24,940 nt of DNA from Octopus sinensis. Taxonomy: Eukaryota. How positions within the stretch are numbered: the first letter of the stretch is position 1; each line of letters opens with the position of its first letter. A model generated the notes under the pieces. It was given only the letters and a program-made list of their open reading frames with translations, made no database searches and was not told the DNA's origin. The stretch lies in contig NW_021836225.1 of NCBI RefSeq assembly GCF_006345805.1, forward strand, positions 1-24,940, given 5' to 3'. Shown piece after piece: positions 21,261 through 24,940 of this stretch. The position numbers were made by a program, and so were the translations under genes.

Positions 21261-21726
21261 ATATATATATATATATATATAATACAAGGTGTGTAGTATT
21301 ATATACGTACAATGGTAGAAAGCCTGTCATGTCTACAGGAGAAGTGGGTTCCGGTCCCCTCGTAAGCCTTCGACTTTTTCTACCTAAACTTTTTTTCAAC
21401 GCTTCATTTACATGCTGTTATTTATAGCTTTATGTGATGTGCCTCGAGAGCCGCTATTCCAAAAAAGATTCTTTCATGTTCTCTCGAAAGTTTATGACGT
21501 CAACAATGTGTATGTGATTATGTTGATTAACCGACTGATCGCAGAAACCGACGTGAGACCGTTTACTTTGCGTGCGTTATGAGAGAATGAATATGTATGA
21601 AGGTGACAAGTTCACGGGTGTATGTGTTAAGGAATATGTTAAAGAAAATTAGGGTAGAGATAATATATATGTGTGTGAGTCAGAGACGCTTTGCGGGTGG
21701 ATGATAAAGTACGTGGGAGAATGAGA

Positions 21727-21855
21727 GACAGACAGACGGACGGACTGACTGACGGATGGACTAACGGACGGCCTAACGGACGGACTGACAGACGGAGGGA
21801 CGGACGGATAGAAGAACGGACGAGTGGACGGACGGACGGACGAACGACAGACGAC
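21727..21855. repeat. Degenerate (GACG/GACA)n tetranucleotide repeat
   Basis: Directly visible; source of ORFs 21639-21866 and 21691-22092. Confidence 0.9.
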
Positions 21856-21884
21856 AAACAATGCATATGTGCATATATCTGTAC

Positions 21885-22060
21885 CTTTCTTTTATATTTC
21901 AGTTGTTTAAGTCATTGGACTACGGTCGTAATTTATCGACCTCGAAAGGACGAAAGGCAAAGTCGACCTCGGAGGAATTTGAACCCAGAACGTAACGGCA
22001 TAGGAAATACGGCTACGCATTTCGCCCGGCGTGCTAACGTTTTGGCCAGCTCGTCGCCTT
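21885..22060 (-). mobile_element. SINE with a family-1 head and a family-2-type tail
   Basis: Family-1 head and domain at 22060-21929, fused to GACCGTAGTCCAATGACTTAAACAACTGAAATATAAAAGA, which resembles the family-2 tail GGCCGCAGTCAAATGACTGAAACAAGTAAAAGA. Confidence 0.7.
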
Positions 22061-22319
22061 ATAACGTTGCTATAATGCAAAAGTTTTATTAGTCCAAAAC
22101 GTTTCTTTTTCAGAAAGCGAAAAAATAGCTCCACCATTCCATAGTAAAACCGTTGTATTTCTCTTTGACAACTTTTGGTATCTTGGCATCTGAAGCAGCT
22201 GAAGATACTATAGTTTTACCAAACAAATATCGTAAAAAAAAAAAACCCACTCGGCCAGTTTAGCATAACAACAATAGCAACTATATATATATATATATAT
22301 ATACACAAATTAAACTTAG

Positions 22320-22351
<32 letters not shown>

Positions 22352-22599
22352 CACAAATTAAACTTAAATGTTGAAGTGAATCGAACGGCTTTTGTGTGTT
22401 TCTGAAATGGCTTATAAACACCTTCCACGCTACAATTGTTTTCGTTTCAGCACACGATCTCAGATCAAAATACTTGCTATGCGAGTACATCTCCGTAATA
22501 TATATATATATATATATAATATATAATATATATATATATATTATATATATATATATATATGTATATAGTATATATAGTTTAAATTTGCAGAAAACAAAA

Positions 22600-22760
22600 G
22601 TTGAAGACAGGTGAAGGAACAAAAAGCAGGTGTATAAATTAAGGCTCGGGAAGAATGGAAAGGTCTTTGACGTTTCGAGCCTACGCTGCGACAGAAAGAA
22701 TTAACAGGAGGAAAAGGGGAGAGAGAACGAAAAAACGGAGAGCGATAATAATGTTTAGGG
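22600..22760 (-). mobile_element. Penelope-like remnant with a decayed hammerhead-like motif
   Basis: Minus strand CTGTCGC-AGC-GTAG-GCTC-GAAACGTC-A at 22694-22668. Confidence 0.45.
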
Positions 22761-23241
22761 ATTAACGGTTCAGTATGAGGAAATATGAAGAAATATGTAT
22801 ACGCACAGCAAGTTTTGAGTGAACAACGGATTTTCCTGTAATTTCTGTGACTAAGATGGTCCTTTGAATTACTGAAACAGTCCATCTAACGCGTTTTCAC
22901 AGTTTCCGTCTAAAGCTTGGGTTGATGCGAATTTATGGTAGAAAACAAATGTATAAGGTACTGTATGGTAGGATCGAAACGTATACCTTGTGAATTCTAA
23001 GAGAACTTACTAATCGTTCGGCTATACACATCTAAGAACACACACAGACACACACACACACACACCACACATACACGTAGGCACACATTCACATTCAATA
23101 TATGACATACAATACACATACAGATGTTCTTTTTCTCTTTCTCTTTCTCTGTTTTCATTCTTTCTCTCCTATTCGTTTTTATACAACAGTTCGTAAGTAC
23201 AAGCGCGCGCAGAAATACGCACAAACAGACACACACACACA

Positions 23242-23290
<49 letters not shown>

Positions 23291-23584
23291 ATACACACAC
23301 TCATTCACACGCAAAACCATTCACGAATACATACGCGTAGATTCACACAAAATAATAAACATGCAGATACATACTGATGAACAGACACCAGATACATACA
23401 CGCACCCATACATACACACACACACACACACCCAACCAGCTGTACATACATATGTAGATCATCAAAAATACATACGCAAATCCACGTCGCACATAGTTGT
23501 AAAGACCACACACATACAGACGTCGTCATACATGGTAAGATGAATCGGTAAGATGAATCTCAGTGTTCAGTTAGCTCACAAGAG

Positions 23585-23740
23585 CAGCGGGTGCAGGCAT
23601 AGCTTTGTGGTTAAGAACCTCGCCTTGTAACCGTATGTCCTCGGGTTCAGTTCCACTGTCGGGTACCTTGGTCAAATGTCTTCTGTCATAAACACGGGCC
23701 GATCAATGCTTTGTGATGAGTCTTGTAGATAGAAACATCA
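23585..23740 (+). mobile_element. Degraded 5' fragment of SINE family 2
   Basis: GGGTTCAGTTCCACTGTCGGGTACCTTGGTCAAATGTCTTCT...GGGCCGATCAATGCTTTGTGA. Confidence 0.6.
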
Positions 23741-23791
23741 TATATAATATAGATATATATATATTATATATTATATTATAATATATATATA

Positions 23792-23837
<46 letters not shown>

Positions 23838-24039
23838 TATATATGTATGTATGTTGTATGTATGTATGTATGTATGTATATATATTCTTTATTGTTTTTT
23901 TTATATATGTGTACCCACACACCACTCCTTTATTCTACTACTAGTAACCTGCTACCGTGTTGTTCGCCATACACACACACACACGCACATACACACACTT
24001 GTCATCTTCGCACACCTTCTTTACCATTCCGTCTTTGAT

Positions 24040-24300
24040 ATAGCTCTTCTGTTTTTTAAAAACATTTTCTTCTACTCTGACCACTTCCGTCTTTTAGTAT
24101 GTGACCTCGTCTGTATCACTAGCGATTTTTTTTCCTCTGTCTTCCCTTCTCGGGACCTTTCCTTCTCCTATGTTTCCGACGAAGAGCTCCGCTCGAAACA
24201 TCAAACCCTCCTTCTTCCCTTCTTTCCTGAGCGTCCAATAATACTTTATTTGACCACGTCCTTGCGTTGTTGTCTTTTTGTTTTCTTGTTTGGATTAACT
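24040..24300 (+). mobile_element. Penelope-like remnant with a decayed hammerhead-like motif
   Basis: CCGACGA-A-GAGC-TCC-GCTC-GAAACATC-A at 24176-24203; pyrimidine-rich 3' part ends TGGATTAACTATATATA. Confidence 0.5.
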
Positions 24301-24940
24301 ATATATATGTGTGTGTGTGTGTGTGTGTATTTTATATATCCAGGCCTATTCCCCATTTTTTAGGAGGGAGTACCCACAAGACACACACCAAGCATTCCAT
24401 TCATTTCCCAGCTAAAAGAGGCGAGCCCCTGTCTATGCTCGAAAAACGCAATTCCAAAGAGAATGGAAACAACAATTATTTACATTTAATCCCAAACTGG
24501 AGTTTCTGTATCAATGAACAAATAATTTGTCTTCTGTACTTCATCAGTGGGATCGCCTAAGACAATGCATAAATATATAATTTTCACAGTATATATATAT
24601 ATATATATATATAGAAATATACCAAATGCAAGCACATGAACAAGTTTCATTTCTCGAACTGGAAGATACCAACCGCTGCAGTTTGAGAAGCTCTCACAAA
24701 TGTTCTGTTATACCATTCTGTCACGGCTAGATTAATTATGATTTCTTCAAAGAGGACAATAATCTTCGTTTCCTTATTTTCTTTTACTTCTAGTTTCACT
24801 TTATGCATGAATATTCTTCGCGTTTTCTTGGCTTTTCTTCTCATTTTTTCTCATACACCAGCGTCCTGGTTTTTAAATCTTTATAAACGATATTTACTAA
24901 GTCCGAAATATAGCGCGGAGATACAAGTATTCTGATATAA

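Noticed and set aside
21339-21361. 23-nt phase-1-compatible microexon (GEVGSGPL) with a GTAAGC donor
   Set aside because: Weak acceptor and too short to distinguish from chance without reads.
24647-24935. Short ORFs at the window end
   Set aside because: Compositional bias only; no recognisable motif or paired splice sites.

Overview
AT-rich animal DNA, about three quarters transposon remnants and microsatellites. The SINE families look like those of Octopus (coleoid cephalopod); this rests on recalled sequence, not a database search. Only one protein-coding segment is well supported: a 127-bp plus-strand exon (10748-10874) encoding the C-terminal half of the first cysteine-rich (CR1/VWC) repeat of Chordin/Sog. 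I found no other chordin exon, so the window appears to be one exon between two very long introns. These introns hold two tRNA-derived SINE families (about 20 copies), an internally deleted Tc1/mariner with perfect 44-bp TIRs, a 522-bp non-autonomous Helitron, Penelope-like remnants with minimal hammerhead-like motifs, and a non-LTR 3' end. The most notable pattern is a young SINE built from an exact 184-bp module. Its 3' end is followed by 5'-GGTA, both at genomic insertion sites (inside the TSDs) and at a GGTA in its own tRNA head, giving dimers that moved as single units. Nearly all ORFs in the supplied track are microsatellite or repeat artefacts.
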